64,000 nt of DNA from Octopus sinensis (GCF_006345805.1 NC_042997.1:53754001-53818000); one strand, 5' to 3'. Shown: positions 25,741 through 38,700, counted from the stretch's first letter. The notes: a model not told the origin generated them from the sequence alone. Program-made: numbers and translations.

Positions 25741-26638
25741 TATTTTTGTTCATATAGTATTCCGGGTTGCATCCAGATTTCCTTTGAAATGTTTGGTAAA
25801 GTTTCGTTGAGAAATGGTGTCGTTTGTTTAAGACTAACAAACATCGAAACTTATAGATATAGATCGGTATATTTTTCATTTGACAAAAATCTGTATCTTC
25901 ATCTTAGCAGAAGAAAATTTAATAACTTCAACCGGAGATACGAACCATTTCACTGTTATGGGACTTTAACTCTTCCTCTACTTGGGTGTAACATTAACTT
26001 TATTTCGGTGTTCATTTACGTACTTTTTAAGACAAAACACAAGGTCAAAATAACTTTTTTGTGCCAAATGGTTAAAGTATTTATTTCATTATTAAAGTGT
26101 AGAAAAAATATCTAAATATAACTGCTAGTTACAACTTTGAAATGAGGATACTCTTGACTGCCTCTAAAAGTAACAATGTCTAAATATAACCGTTCGAGAC
26201 AACATCTTAAAACCAGGATTCTCTTGTGAAGTGAATATCACGGCTAGAACATTCTCAGTAAATGTGTCAAATAACTGATGGTTATTACAGTTAGAAAAAT
26301 AACAGATGTATACTCGACACCATTTGATTTTGCTGACTCAACATCCCGATTCAAAGTTGTACTATTTCAAATGAGCTGGAATTAACAGGAGGCAATTTAT
26401 GATGATCGTCGTTGAACAAACAAATAGCATTGAAACCAACACATGTCATGTTTCGTCGGTGACCTGAGAGTTAATTCTCTTCTTATTTTCTCTTTACAAC
26501 AATTTACATTTTCTTTCGGCTACATGGGTGGGGGTTAAGGGTGTATATTATTGGGAATTGCAGTAAATGAAAGAGTTATTGGGATAAGGAAGAGAGATCC
26601 GAAGCAAAAAAGAAGGAAAGAACGATAGAACTAGAACT

Positions 26639-26639
<1 letters not shown>

Positions 26640-26709
<70 letters not shown>

Positions 26710-26740
26710 AGAGAGAAGAAAGAAAGAAAGAAAGAAAGAG

Positions 26741-26807
<67 letters not shown>

Positions 26808-26948
26808 AGGAAAGAAGTGTGGTCTAGAAAGTTGCGGCTTCACACTACTGATAAGGAAAGAATAAATATTGAGTTTGTCAAGAGAGTAAGAAAGATTCAG
26901 TCAGACAAATAAAGAAGGAAGACAAAAATGAGAGCGCACGAGCGAGCG

Positions 26949-26992
<44 letters not shown>

Positions 26993-26998
26993 TGAGAG

Positions 26999-27038
<40 letters not shown>

Positions 27039-27040
27039 AG

Positions 27041-27075
<35 letters not shown>
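26640..27075. repeat. (GAAA)n and (GA)n purine microsatellites
   Basis: (GAAA)n at ~26640-26815 and (GA)n at ~26950-27075. Confidence 0.95.
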
Positions 27076-27077
<2 letters not shown>

Positions 27078-27596
27078 TAAAAGAAGGGAGAGAGGGAAAG
27101 GCAAGGGATGAAGAAAATCAGAGAGAGTGAGTGAGAAAAATATTTCAAAATATATAAATATGTTTACTAACTTGAGTTTAAAGACTGTAATGAGATGCAG
27201 CTAGAAGTCACTAAATGATGGTGAGGGCTGACCTTGTCTGCACGTATAACATTACATAAGAGCAGACATATGAAAGGATGTCTGAATGTAAGGTGAACTT
27301 CAGCTGAGCATTACCTAACGCGGTTGTTTACATGGGGACGTTATATGAAATATGCATCCTTCTGATTGGTTAGATTCAGCCGAATATTTGGAGTGCCCAA
27401 CTTTTATTTGTAAAGACAGTAACGCTGCCATAACAAAAACAGAAAGAATGACAATATTGATAATTGCTGTGTCAGCAAAGGCAACAACGACAATAATAAA
27501 TATAACGATAATAGTAAAAATAATAATAGAAACTCCTAGTCAGTATCAGCGAAGCCTACTTGCTAAGTCGTGTAGCCATCTCAGCTTTAGAGTGAA

Positions 27597-27989
27597 ACTA
27601 GCAGTATCGCCCGGCGTTGCTCGGGTTTGTTTCGACCCTTTATAATTGGAATTTTGAAAAGTAAAAATTTTGCATTATGTAGCTTGTTATTCTCTTTAAG
27701 TGAACAATTTTCTGGTTGAAATACACCGATAAATGGCGACACAGCAGTCAAAAAATCGTAAAAAATAGGGATTTTCATAGAAAAAAAGCACCTTTTTGAT
27801 ATAAATAATTTTTGGTGTTAACATGGTCCGATTTGAATTTTTTCTTCTACGGAAGGAAGGGCAAGCCTTCTTCTATCATACTCTCAATTCTGGTTAATTT
27901 GCGCCGCAGGGTCTCGGAGGAGATAGTGTTAGTTGAAGGCTACCAAACCTGCCATACACAGACAACTTCAGCTTTATATATAGAGAGAT
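27597..27989. mobile_element. Non-autonomous Helitron/Helentron-like element (HINE/Lep1-type)
   Basis: Starts actagcagtatcg with a cccg-gcgttgct-cggg hairpin and ends cagacaacttcagctttatatatagagagat. A second, truncated copy lies at 35048-35226. Confidence 0.65.
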
Positions 27990-29072
27990 GAAACAGTGGA
28001 GGTAACGTTTAACGAATAACTATAATAATTTGTGGTTTTGATGTAAAATATTTAACTCTAGAGTGAGGCAGTAAAATTGCAAATTGTGGAATTTCTTCCA
28101 TTCTGTGGGTGTTAGTGGGGTTGTTAAATAGTTCAGCTTGTTTATATGAAAACATATTGAGAGAATGAAAGCTTATTGAGGATATGAAACCTGGTCGTCA
28201 AGTAATAGATTCTTGTCAATACGATGGTCATCAGTGAGCAATGAAACGAACAACATTTTGTATATCTAATGTTCTTATGTCCAAATTATGAGCTCGTATA
28301 TTTTATAGTGTGTAAAAACTTTAAGTTTGGTGTATGGCTAATTAGTTCAAAGAATCCATTTTGTTATCTGAACTTCCTTTGTTTGCGTTGACGGCCTCTA
28401 TAAATCGTTGCAGTTTATAGAGATATCCGTATTCAAAAGCTCTAGGTAACAACTATAGGAAGAAATCGTGATATCACGATATCCATTTAAGCAACCAACC
28501 CTTGAATAGGTATGGAAATAAATCAGTTTTCCGCTCCTGTCTGAAGTTAGACTGGTGTCACATTTCAAGAAGTGATGTCCTGCTAATGTACTTATATCCG
28601 ATCTAAAATGGCGAAATCGAGAAAAGACAAATGTAAATTCCTAAATCACAATTCTAAAAGCAATCTGTTTATCATTTTTTCTTCTTACTTTGTGAATGTT
28701 CGAAAACGACTACGTAAGAAAGAATTTTCAAAAAGATAACTAAAAAAAGAAAGCAGGGAGAAAAAAGGAGAAAAGAAAAAGAAATAAAACCGCGGTTAAC
28801 AATCCGCATGGAAGCCATTTATGTAATATTTACATCGGCTTGGCCATACCGTCAAGTTTGATGTAACCGTTTCATCCTCATTTGAATAAGGTGTTTCATA
28901 ACAAATAAATCACGCCACGAAGTAGACACAGATTTAAGCTGTTTCATACAGGGCAGAGAAGGCCAGGCGATGCTCAATTAGAGACTTCACATTACTGGTG
29001 TGTGTATATATTATTGAAACATTCCTCCAGGTTCGCAGAACGTAAAGTCAATAACATCTGCTGTATTTTCTC

Positions 29073-29106
<34 letters not shown>

Positions 29107-30189
29107 CGTGCATGCACGCACACATGCACACACACACACACTTATACATACATACATACGTGTATTATCAGTGTTTCATAAACATCTTAAAGAAGATATG
29201 TACAGATACGTAAGGCTGTACAAGTGTGAATACTATTGAATATAAATACGTAGGAGCATTTACATGCGTATGTTTATGTGTGGGCACGCGTGTATGTGTG
29301 TGAGAGAGAGACAAGGTGTGTGTGTGTGTGTGTGTGCGTGTTTGTGCAAGTGTGTCTGTGTGCGTGCGTGCTTGCGTGTGTATGCTTCTCGGGTATTTCA
29401 ATGTATATACATACAGATAAGAGACATTAACACGTGAAAACATGATAGTTTGCGTTTGTGGAATTTATTGCTTTTCATCGTCCTTAGTAAAAACAAAAAC
29501 AAAAGCAAAAAAACTGAACTGCACGTTCGTGAGTGCATGAGTGTGATGCGTGTGTATGTATGTGAGTATGTGTATATGTGTGTTTGTGTATGTGTGTGTG
29601 TACATGGGGGTGTATTTCTGTGTCTGCTCGTGCCCGCACCCGCTTGTATGCTCAAGAATGCTATATTTTTCACTTTCGCAATTTTGAAATAGCATATATT
29701 GCATGTAGTTAAGACGAAGTAAACGAAACGCACAAATATACCATAAAATAGGGCAATAAATAAATAAATAAATAAATTTATTTTTAAAAATTATAAATAT
29801 ATATATATATATATAAGTTAGATTCGCTTGAATTAGGTACTTAAGTTGAAGCACCAAGTCGGTCCGGTATTATCCGCACAGCCCGATGTAAGGTGAATAA
29901 AATTAAAATAAGCAACTGGACATCAAGTAGTGATGCAGTACGACCGTTTCAAGCGGCTTCATTTAATTGAACAATGCAATCATTGCTTCAATTTAAATGC
30001 AGTGCCATCTTCAGTTGCACAAATAAAGAATAAAGAATCGCATGGGGCAAAGTGGGGTCATATAGGGTCGTAAGGGATTGTAATTCATTTCTAATTCATT
30101 TATCTTTTATGTATATATATTACGGAAATGTACTTGCATAGCAAGGGACCTGATCTGAAATCGAGCGCTGAAGCAAAAACAACTAAAGC

Positions 30190-30332
30190 GAGGAAGGTGT
30201 TTATAAGCCATTTAAAAACACACTTCGACATTTAAATTTAATTTGTCAAAATATTTTCGTCGCTTTGAGACCGCGACCTGTTCACTGACTAAATTCCATG
30301 CTGCATCTGAGAAAGTAAAAGTTTGTTCATGA
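30190..30332. repeat. Dispersed repeat, inverted partner of 32188-32352
   Basis: ggaaggtgtttataagccatttaaaaac...gtttgttcatg is the reverse complement of catgaacaaac...gtttttaaatggcttataaacaccttcc. Confidence 0.85.
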
Positions 30333-30660
30333 TATGTATGTATGTATGTATGGATGGATGGATGGATGGATGGATGGACTGATGGACGGATTATGTACGT
30401 ACGTACGTATGTATGTATGTATGTATGTATGTATGTATGTATGTATGTATGTATGTATGTATGTATGTATGCATGTATGTACGTATGTATGTATGTATGT
30501 GCGTATTCATATGTGTATATGCGTATGCATGCCTGCATGCCCATACGCATGTATGTATCTATATCTGTCTGTCTGCCTGTATGTATGTATGTATGTATGT
30601 ATGTATGTATGTATGAATGTATGTATATACGTACGTATGTACTTATGTATGTGAGTATGT
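30333..30660. repeat. (TATG)n/(GATG)n microsatellite
   Basis: Directly visible. It explains the MYVC pseudo-ORFs. Confidence 0.95.
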
Positions 30661-31339
30661 AGTTATGTGTGTAGGCGTGTCTCTGTGTGTGTATATGTAT
30701 ATATACATGTGAACTATGTTTATGTGTTTATGTACTGATATGTGTGTCTGTTCAAGTTGTATATATGGCTGTTACTCTGTCGAAGGTTGTATATATGTGT
30801 GTTGTGCGTGTGTGTGTGTGTGTGTGTGTGTCACTCTCATACACCGGTGAATGTATATAATGTCTTCGATACGTACATGCAAATATAAACCTATCTATTC
30901 TTACGTACAACCACATACAATCATATAAACACGTATACACTCACATATATAGTATAATCTCAAAGTATACACATATATACGCTTATCCATCTACACATAT
31001 ATATGTCACTATTTTCGCAGACAACGGTTAAAATTCAAATTTTTTATATATAGATATATACATATATATGTGCTTACATACATATGTATATAATATGTAC
31101 ATATATCTATACACATACTCATATGTGCATGCATGTACACACTTATACATACACATATACTCACACCACACATACACACGCACATACACACAGACATACA
31201 CACGCACGCTAAAATACACATACATCTACACATACGTACATACATATAAATCTATGTACACTCATACGATTATATATAATTACATATATGTATTTCAGTA
31301 TCATGCATCCCAGCATGGGTGTATGGATTTCTACATGTA

Positions 31340-32050
31340 AATGAGAGAAAGGGATGATTATAGATGGGTATTCCCGAGCGGAATTTGGGTGTTACCCCAT
31401 TCGGATTTACGGTTGAGGTGGGGTTTGTATTCCTGTGGCTTGTCTCAGCATTGCATCAGTGGGATGTGTAGATAAGTCTCCCTAAGGAGCCATTGTGGCA
31501 ATCTACAGCATGCTGATAGAAGATGGAGTTTTTTTTTTTTTTTTTCAGTGTAGTTGTCCAAGTGTTTTTTTAACCTATCATTGATACTCCTAGAAGTCTC
31601 ACCAATATATGACTCTGAGATAATCGCGCAAGTTCTGTCTTGGCACTTAATCTGGTATACAGTGTTTTTCTTTTTGTAGTTCATATGTGGGTTTGTAGAA
31701 CATACTGCATAATTATTCTGACACGTGATTCTGTCAAATGGGTATGATTTACTTAATACAGATTTGATAGTCCAACCTGTCTTTTCTACAACTTTGATCT
31801 TAAGGCCAGTTGTTTGCAGGATTTTCTTAAATGCCCAATTTAATTCGTTCCTAGGCGTAGCGTCAACATACATTACACTGAAACTTCTTGTTACTATACC
31901 AGGTATTATTTCTATTTCTTTTGTTGGTGTTCCTCTTCAACCTATTTCAGAACTTGTTGCGGTACAGGGGGCATATGCTGTTTTCGTCATCTCTTAGAAT
32001 GCGTTCGAATCTTGTTCCCTCTCCTTTGTACACTCTGATTCTATTGTACT
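31340..32050 (-). mobile_element. Penelope-like element fragment (RT C-terminus, Cys linker, GIY-YIG endonuclease)
   Basis: ORF 31445-31873 contains YVDATPRNEL and NTVYQIKCQD...SYIGETSRSINDRLKKH. A CPLYRNK-type remnant lies upstream. The poly-A run introduces a frameshift. Confidence 0.85.
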
Positions 32051-32487
32051 GTTTGTAACCGGAACGTTGCATTTGGAATATGTAATGCTGAATGTGTTGT
32101 TGTCGTTCTTGTGGTTGTTATAGCGGGGATACGTTCCTCATTACTCTAAGTCTGCCACTTGGATGTTGATTTTGGTATATACATATATATCATGAACAAA
32201 CTGTTACTTTCTCAGATTCAGCTCGAAATTTTGTCAGTGAAAAGGTCGTGGTCTCAAAGCGACGAAAATATTTTGAGATATTAAATTTAAATGTTGAAAT
32301 GAATCTAACGGATTTTGTCTGTTTTTAAATGGCTTATAAACACCTTCCACGCAGTAATTGTTAATATATATATATATATATATATTGATAGAAATGGTAA
32401 GACAACAAAAGAATGAAAGAGACCTCGATATTATGTAAATAGAGGAATTTATCAGTAAATATAATGTGACAATTATTCGGTAGTCAT

Positions 32488-32548
32488 GATAAAACTCCGA
32501 GTTTCAGGTGTCGGGATGGAAATCCACGCCGGCATCTCTTCAGTTATC
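32488..32548 (-). ncRNA. Candidate type I hammerhead ribozyme (left arm)
   Basis: The minus strand reads gataa CTGAAGA gatgccggcgtggatttccatcccgacacct GAAA ctcggag TT ttatc. The base of stem II pairs poorly in this copy. Confidence 0.5.
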
Positions 32549-32908
32549 GGGCCATCGAAAAACAATGCTATGAAAATGACCGTTAAACAAAGGGAAATTA
32601 CTGTGTGATTGACCGTTATTAAGACAAAAGAGCTATTAGAATGACCGCTAAGTAAGGGGTGGGAGTAAAGGTAAGGAGGTAAAACTGTTCATAGCAATCG
32701 TGTAAGTGCGCATGTACGTGGTTGTGCGGGCGCGCATGTGTATGTATGGACATGCGCGCTTACGCGATTGCTACTTTTACCCCCTTACCATTACTCCCTC
32801 CCCTTTCTTAGCGGTCATTCTAATAACTCTTTTGTCTTAATAACGATCAATCACACAGTAATTTCCCTTTGTTTAACGGTCATTCTCATAGCATTTTTTT
32901 GATGGCCC

Positions 32909-32969
32909 GATAACTGAAGAGATGCCGGCGTGGGTTTCCGCCCCGACATTCGAAACTCGGAGTTTTATC
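32909..32969 (+). ncRNA. Candidate type I hammerhead ribozyme (right arm)
   Basis: Stem I gataa/ttatc, core CTGAAGA (32914-32920), bulged stem II (32921-32951), GAAA (32952-32955), short near-palindromic stem III ctcggag and a GUU cleavage triplet. Confidence 0.65.
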
Positions 32970-33001
32970 ATGGTTACCGAATAACTATCACATATTATAT
33001 T

Positions 33002-33051
<50 letters not shown>

Positions 33052-33053
<2 letters not shown>

Positions 33054-33726
33054 GAAAATACAAACTGGGACAAGAAAATAAAACATTTAGAAGACGATAC
33101 AAAAAAACACGGACGGGACATTCGAAGCCTTCAATCTTCAGTCAAGAACCGGATCATCCTAGCAATTTCGGTTGATTAATCTTGAGATCGCTCCGATCCG
33201 GCCAGCCCCGATAAAACTAAGCTACGAGCATTAGATTTCTTGGAAAAAGGATCGAATGTATACGAAACAGGGACAGAAAAACGGACGATGCCATACGAAT
33301 ATAAAATACAAAAAACAATAAAGTAAAAACAGGACAAAAACAGCGGGTGTCTTACGACTAATAGACAGTACAACTTAGTTTAGCTGGTGTATTTGGAAAA
33401 AAATGCCTTTTTCGGCAGACGAAGACAATGATGTTCTCATGGCGCTGGTTAGAAGCCGAAAGGCTGGTTGACCAGCGGTCACGTGAGAGGAGAAGAGAGA
33501 GAAAAAAAAGGGAGCAAAGGAATCAAAGAGAGAGAGAAAAAGAGGGACGAAGGCAACAAAGGGGGGAGAAGAGAGAGAAGGAAGGAATTAACGAGGGGAG
33601 AAGAAAGAGAGCGTGCCAAGGATTGGCTTGGCGACAGAATCAGTGAGTGCAAAGTGAGAAATGTGAAAGAGTGGGGGAAGAGTAGACCAAAGAATCAGAG
33701 GCAAGAAAAGAGAAAAGGAGGAGGAG

Positions 33727-33771
<45 letters not shown>

Positions 33772-34173
33772 CAGATCAAAGTAGAGTGCAAAGTGTGAAA
33801 GGCAGAGAAATGTAGGAGAGAGAGGGTGTTATAGAGTCGTACCAAATTTTAAGTATGTACTTACATAAGGCCAAAGAGGGTACGGACGCTATATATTATA
33901 TATAGAAAAATACAAACTGGGACAAGAACGTAAAACATTTAGAAGACGATACAAAAAACACGGACGGGACATTCGAAGCCTTCAATCTTCAGTCAAGAAC
34001 CGGATCATCCTAGCAATTTCGGCTGATTAATCTTGAGATCGCTCCGATCCGGCCAGCCCCAAGGAAAAACTAAGCTACGAGCATTAGATTTCTTGGAAAA
34101 AGGATCGAATGTATACGAAACAGGGACAGAAAAACGGACGATGCCACACGAATATAAAATACAAAAAACAATA
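33052..34173. mobile_element. Non-coding element: two ~270-bp direct repeats flanking a purine-rich spacer
   Basis: 33052-33320 and 33903-34173 differ at only a few sites. No recognisable ORF and no TG..CA ends. Confidence 0.75.
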
Positions 34174-34956
34174 TATATACAAAATAATAGTTATCGCCAT
34201 ACTAATATGGCATTCTTATAAAAATAAGAAAAAAGCTGTCCGCTTATTAGCTCCATGAGGCCATCGCCTTAAGTTAGCTACTTGATACACAAACTGTATC
34301 CATATAACCTTCGAAATGCTAAATCGTCGAACCACATTAAATATCATCACTCTTATTATTATTACACACGTGTAGAAAGGCGAAGGAGCAAGCTAACGGA
34401 AATAGAGAAGCTGGGGCTTTCAGCTCGAAAGCGTTTCTTCATTATTTGGTCTGATATGCAGCCGGTTTATAGCATCTTGGACGATTTCCTCAATGGCCAT
34501 GGAACATACTGAACATCGTTAACCACCACAGAAATTTTGTTAATCCACTATAAACAACTTTTGGGGGTTTACTTCAACTTTTTTATTTTCTTCTGTAACA
34601 ATCTAAAATATTTATATTGATATCATTTTATTTCATTCATATAAAACAAACGAATATGATAAAATTTTCGATAAATTCCGTTGATAATGGAATACATTCA
34701 CATATAAGTGAAGGAATGTGAGGAAATTCGAAGAAGTTTCACAAAATGAAGTGATAAACTTCTTGATTCATATTAAAAAGAATTTGTTTCAAGAACATAG
34801 AAATGTCATTTTTTAAAAAAATTTGCTGGAATTTACATTACTTTCATATTTGAATTATATTTTTAATAATATAATTCATATTGTCAGGCTCTTTCTATCT
34901 CCATCAGCAAAAAATAATTAAAAACGCGCGCGCACACACACACACGCACACACACA

Positions 34957-35015
<59 letters not shown>

Positions 35016-35047
35016 CATTTCATTCATATAACAAAGAAATATCAAAA

Positions 35048-35226
35048 ACTAGCAGTATCGCCACGCGTTGCTCGGATTTGTTTCGACTCTTTAGAATTGG
35101 AATTTTTGAAAAGTAAAACTTTTGCATTATGTAGCTTATTATTCTCTTTAAGTGAACATTTTTCTCGTTGAAATACACCGAAAAATGGCCACACAGCAGT
35201 CAAAAAATCGTAAAAAAAAATAGGGA
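35048..35226. mobile_element. Truncated HINE copy
   Basis: Aligns with the first ~180 bp of 27597-27989. Confidence 0.7.
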
Positions 35227-36310
35227 AGTCGTTTTTCGTGAGCGAGTCGAGGACCTTCTGCGATTCGCTCTGGATGTCGACAACGGTGTTAAAAAGGTGA
35301 CCTTTGAGCTGCATTTTCATTTTGGGGACTAAATCTGGCGAGTGGGGCGGGGGCGGAAGCGATACCATGTTGTTTTTGGTGATAAACGACTGAGAACTTG
35401 GTGAGGAATCGAATTCTTCGCGCTCCACAAGTCCGGTCGCTTTCGCCGAATGTTTCCCTCAGATGCTTCAAAACGTCGCAGTAGAACTCCCGATTGATGG
35501 TCTTACCCTGGCGGGCACAATATCGCGGATGTTGAAAATATGATGAGCATGCTCTTGCTTGAGCAGCAGCAGCAGCTCTGCCATGCCTCCTTCGGTGGTG
35601 GAGATGAATGGCTCTTTCATTGTGACGACTGATGCTTCGTCTCAGGGTCGTACCCGTAGACTCAACTCTCATCACCGGTGAGGATCCTTGACATGAAGGA
35701 TGGGTCATCAGCGGCATGCTGAGATGGATCTTGACAGACTTCGACACGATGCTCTTTCTCTTCAGTGGTCAGCAGGCGTGGACAAACTTGGCAGAGACAC
35801 GCCGCATGTTCAATTCTGACGTTAGGATTTCCCACACGGATCATACGTTAGACCAACAACATCGGCAATGTCGTTGATTTCCTCCGACGATCTTCATGCT
35901 CAAGCTGATAATTTTCTCCATATTTCCGGGGGTGATGCTGGTGGCAGGTCTTCCAGATCACTCATCGTCTTCTAGGGACGTTCTTCAACTTTTGAAGTCC
36001 CCATATCACTCGAAACATTGCGTACAACCCATTGCCTCGTCACCGTTAGCTTACCGAAACATACATGTCTTTGTAGCAAACTTCTTAAGTTTAACGCAAA
36101 ATTTCACGTTGGCTTTTTGTTACAACTTCTTGTTCGTAACAAAATCGCAGACTATAGCATACGCGTAATCACAAAAAAGTAGACACAACAAAATCACTCA
36201 GCATACTGCCTCGTGGTGGTCACCGTTAGCCCTCATCGCGCATGCAACCGTGTGCTGCCATCTGTTGGCGCGCTACCGAACTAGTCAGGGAACTTTTTGA
36301 TACCACCTCA
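35227..36310 (-). mobile_element. Decayed mariner element (one TIR retained, 3' end lost)
   Basis: TIR-like gaggtggtatcaaaaagttccctgactag at ~36280-36310. Translation gives ANVKFCVKL, GDEAMGCTQCFE, ILTGDES and PHSPDLVP...KMKMQLKGHLFNTVVDIQSESQKVL. Confidence 0.85.
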
Positions 36311-37097
36311 CATAGTGACTAATTGAATTGTAGTAGAACATTTTGTGTTAACGAATCGTCAGAATTCTACTCTTCCCATGGCCAAACTCGGGGAATTTAA
36401 TGTCTAGACTGGCATTCGTATTAGTTAAACCATTTTAATTCACCTTGACTCTCACTGATTCTTTTTAATGGCTTTTTAAACGTTTGCTAGAATTCCTTAA
36501 CATTGTTAGTACGCGTTCTCGTAATGAGGTTATTACAGTCACGACAGTGATTAACCGTACTTTGCTGATAATTAACAGTTGCCTATCCATTATGCGCATG
36601 TCATTCATCCATAATCCTTTTGGTTCCTGGAGCCGCGCATTGCTGAACAAATGGTATTAATGCTGCCATACTCCTTTCATTTACATGTATTAGGTAGCCC
36701 TTCTTTCTAGTGTTATCACACATTCCAAACGCCCAAAATTATTGAGGGAAAGAAGAAGCTGTCTTGATGTTTTTACGCATTAAGAATCCATGCGACGGCG
36801 TTTTGCGAAGATTTTCACTAAGCTGAGCATCAATGTGAAGTAGTTTCCATTATAGAACTCTGGAATATTGTTTTATTAAAGGTGAACAATAATGAAAATA
36901 TCGAATAGGTGGTGTTACCGTCGGTCTCGACGATGAGCATTCAGCTGTTCAGTTAACTTGGTTTCCTACTCATGAAATTGACGAGTAAGTGGCTGAGTAT
37001 TCCGTAGACATGAAATTCTGGGGACAAACCAACGTGATACAATGAGACAATACAATTATAGATAGCATGCAGGGAGAGAGATGGGGGGGGGTAAGGA

Positions 37098-37133
<36 letters not shown>

Positions 37134-37423
37134 AGAAAGAAAGAAAGAAGAAAGAAAGAAAGAGGATTTGTTCCCGAAAGAATGATAAGCAATGATGACT
37201 TCGGCGGGATTTGAAATCAGAGCACCGATATCAGAAAGTAACATCACAAGACATTCTATCCAGCAGTCTCGTTATTTCTGCGAGTTGACCGCTTATAATG
37301 GAAGAACTCAATAATGAAAGATTTCCGTTATGCATTCATTTTTGACGAGCCGTTCTTTACGTCCAGCGCTTCTTTAAATATAAGCACGTATCCTGATGAA
37401 TTCAAATTTTAAAGTAATACAGG

Positions 37424-37459
<36 letters not shown>

Positions 37460-37849
37460 CACGCAATTATGAGCTAAAATATTGCCAAATGCATCATCAT
37501 TATCAGTTCCACTAAATATTGCTTGCACCTGATGTCCTGTAAACGGCGAAGTGAATACTACAATTAATCTTGAATTTCTTACTACAATTCTTTCATAGGC
37601 ATTTAACATCTGATGTGCTCTTCTCTCGGAATCACCAATATTTGTACTTAAAGAACGAAAGTATTCGATAATCAAAGTATATCAGCGGGAATCGCATTGT
37701 ATGTCACCGTAGAATAACTAATATATTTCGTTGTTCTTAACAATAAAGGGCGAAATGATGGAGGAGTGCATAGTTGAGGCTAGCATAACTTCCTTGGAAA
37801 ATTTTATGATGACAGAGAGTATTTCCGCAACCAAATATACGCCATTTTA

Positions 37850-38700
37850 GAATAGAAACTATTTCTCAAAATGTACAGAAGAGAATAAAATTTTAGTTGG
37901 AAAAAAAATGCAAAATTTTTTCGATTGCCCTCTGATAATGTACACGTATTGTTGGTGTTTCCCAACAGTAATTTTTGCATATGATTTTGGTTAAGTTCTA
38001 TCAAAGATAAATTTAATTTCATTAGTATCCCCCAAATGGGAAAACGCGTGGTGGAGTTATCGAGTTTTAAGAATTTTGTTCGCTAAAATGATGCCCCCTT
38101 CAAAAGTTAGTCTTAATTGTAACAGATAATGTGCTTCAAAATGATTGGGAAAATTAGAGCAAAAATATGGCTTTTTTGTTAATGTTTCTAAAAAAGACGA
38201 AGCTTTTCAATCTTTCATAAGTTATAGGATACATTCTATGTTCCAAAGGTGATAGATATGAGGGTCATAGAATAACTTTTGTTACTGTGTTATGGTCATA
38301 GAATTCATTCAGTCCAAGCTTAGATTTGCATTTCTTTTCGAGAGAGTATATCTGAATATGCTAATCTGATTGTTGTCATACAGATGCCCATTGCTTTAGT
38401 AAAAGCAAAACAAACTTTTTGGTTTAAAAAACCTTTTCCCGAAATCAAATCTGCGCGCGAGCGCGTGTGTATTTGTAACAACGTGATGAATTTTATGAAA
38501 AATTAAGTACGCTACACTGGTTAACTGACTGATCGTTTTTTAATGATACCAGAATGAAGTTTAATCATAATCAGGAAGGAATGGAAGTATTTCACAGTGT
38601 AATTTAAGTGCTTTTGCAGACATTTTTAAAATTTGTGAAAATTTCAGATAAACATTTTGCAAATATAAATAAGAAACTAGACTTGGAGGTGACTGCCATA
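37850..38700 (+). mobile_element. Possible decayed hAT transposase relic
   Basis: gtaacagataatgtgcttcaaaatgattggg resembles TDNA..M.G and gaatatgctaatctg resembles EY.DL. Only short motifs survive. Confidence 0.3.

Larger units (their letters stand above)
32455..33004. repeat. ~550-bp palindromic element (~260-bp arms, ~32-nt spacer) between (TA)n tracts
   Basis: Arms 32455-32716 and 32749-33004 are reverse complements with scattered mismatches. Confidence 0.92.

Noticed and set aside
33110-33185. Canonical hammerhead in the direct repeat (minus strand)
   Set aside because: GAAT replaces GAAA, and type I, II and III pairings all failed by hand. It is kept only as an open question in the finding.
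33443-33477. Hairpin ribozyme loop A (AGAA opposite NGUC)
   Set aside because: The opposing strand reads tggt rather than NGUC, and there is no loop B domain.
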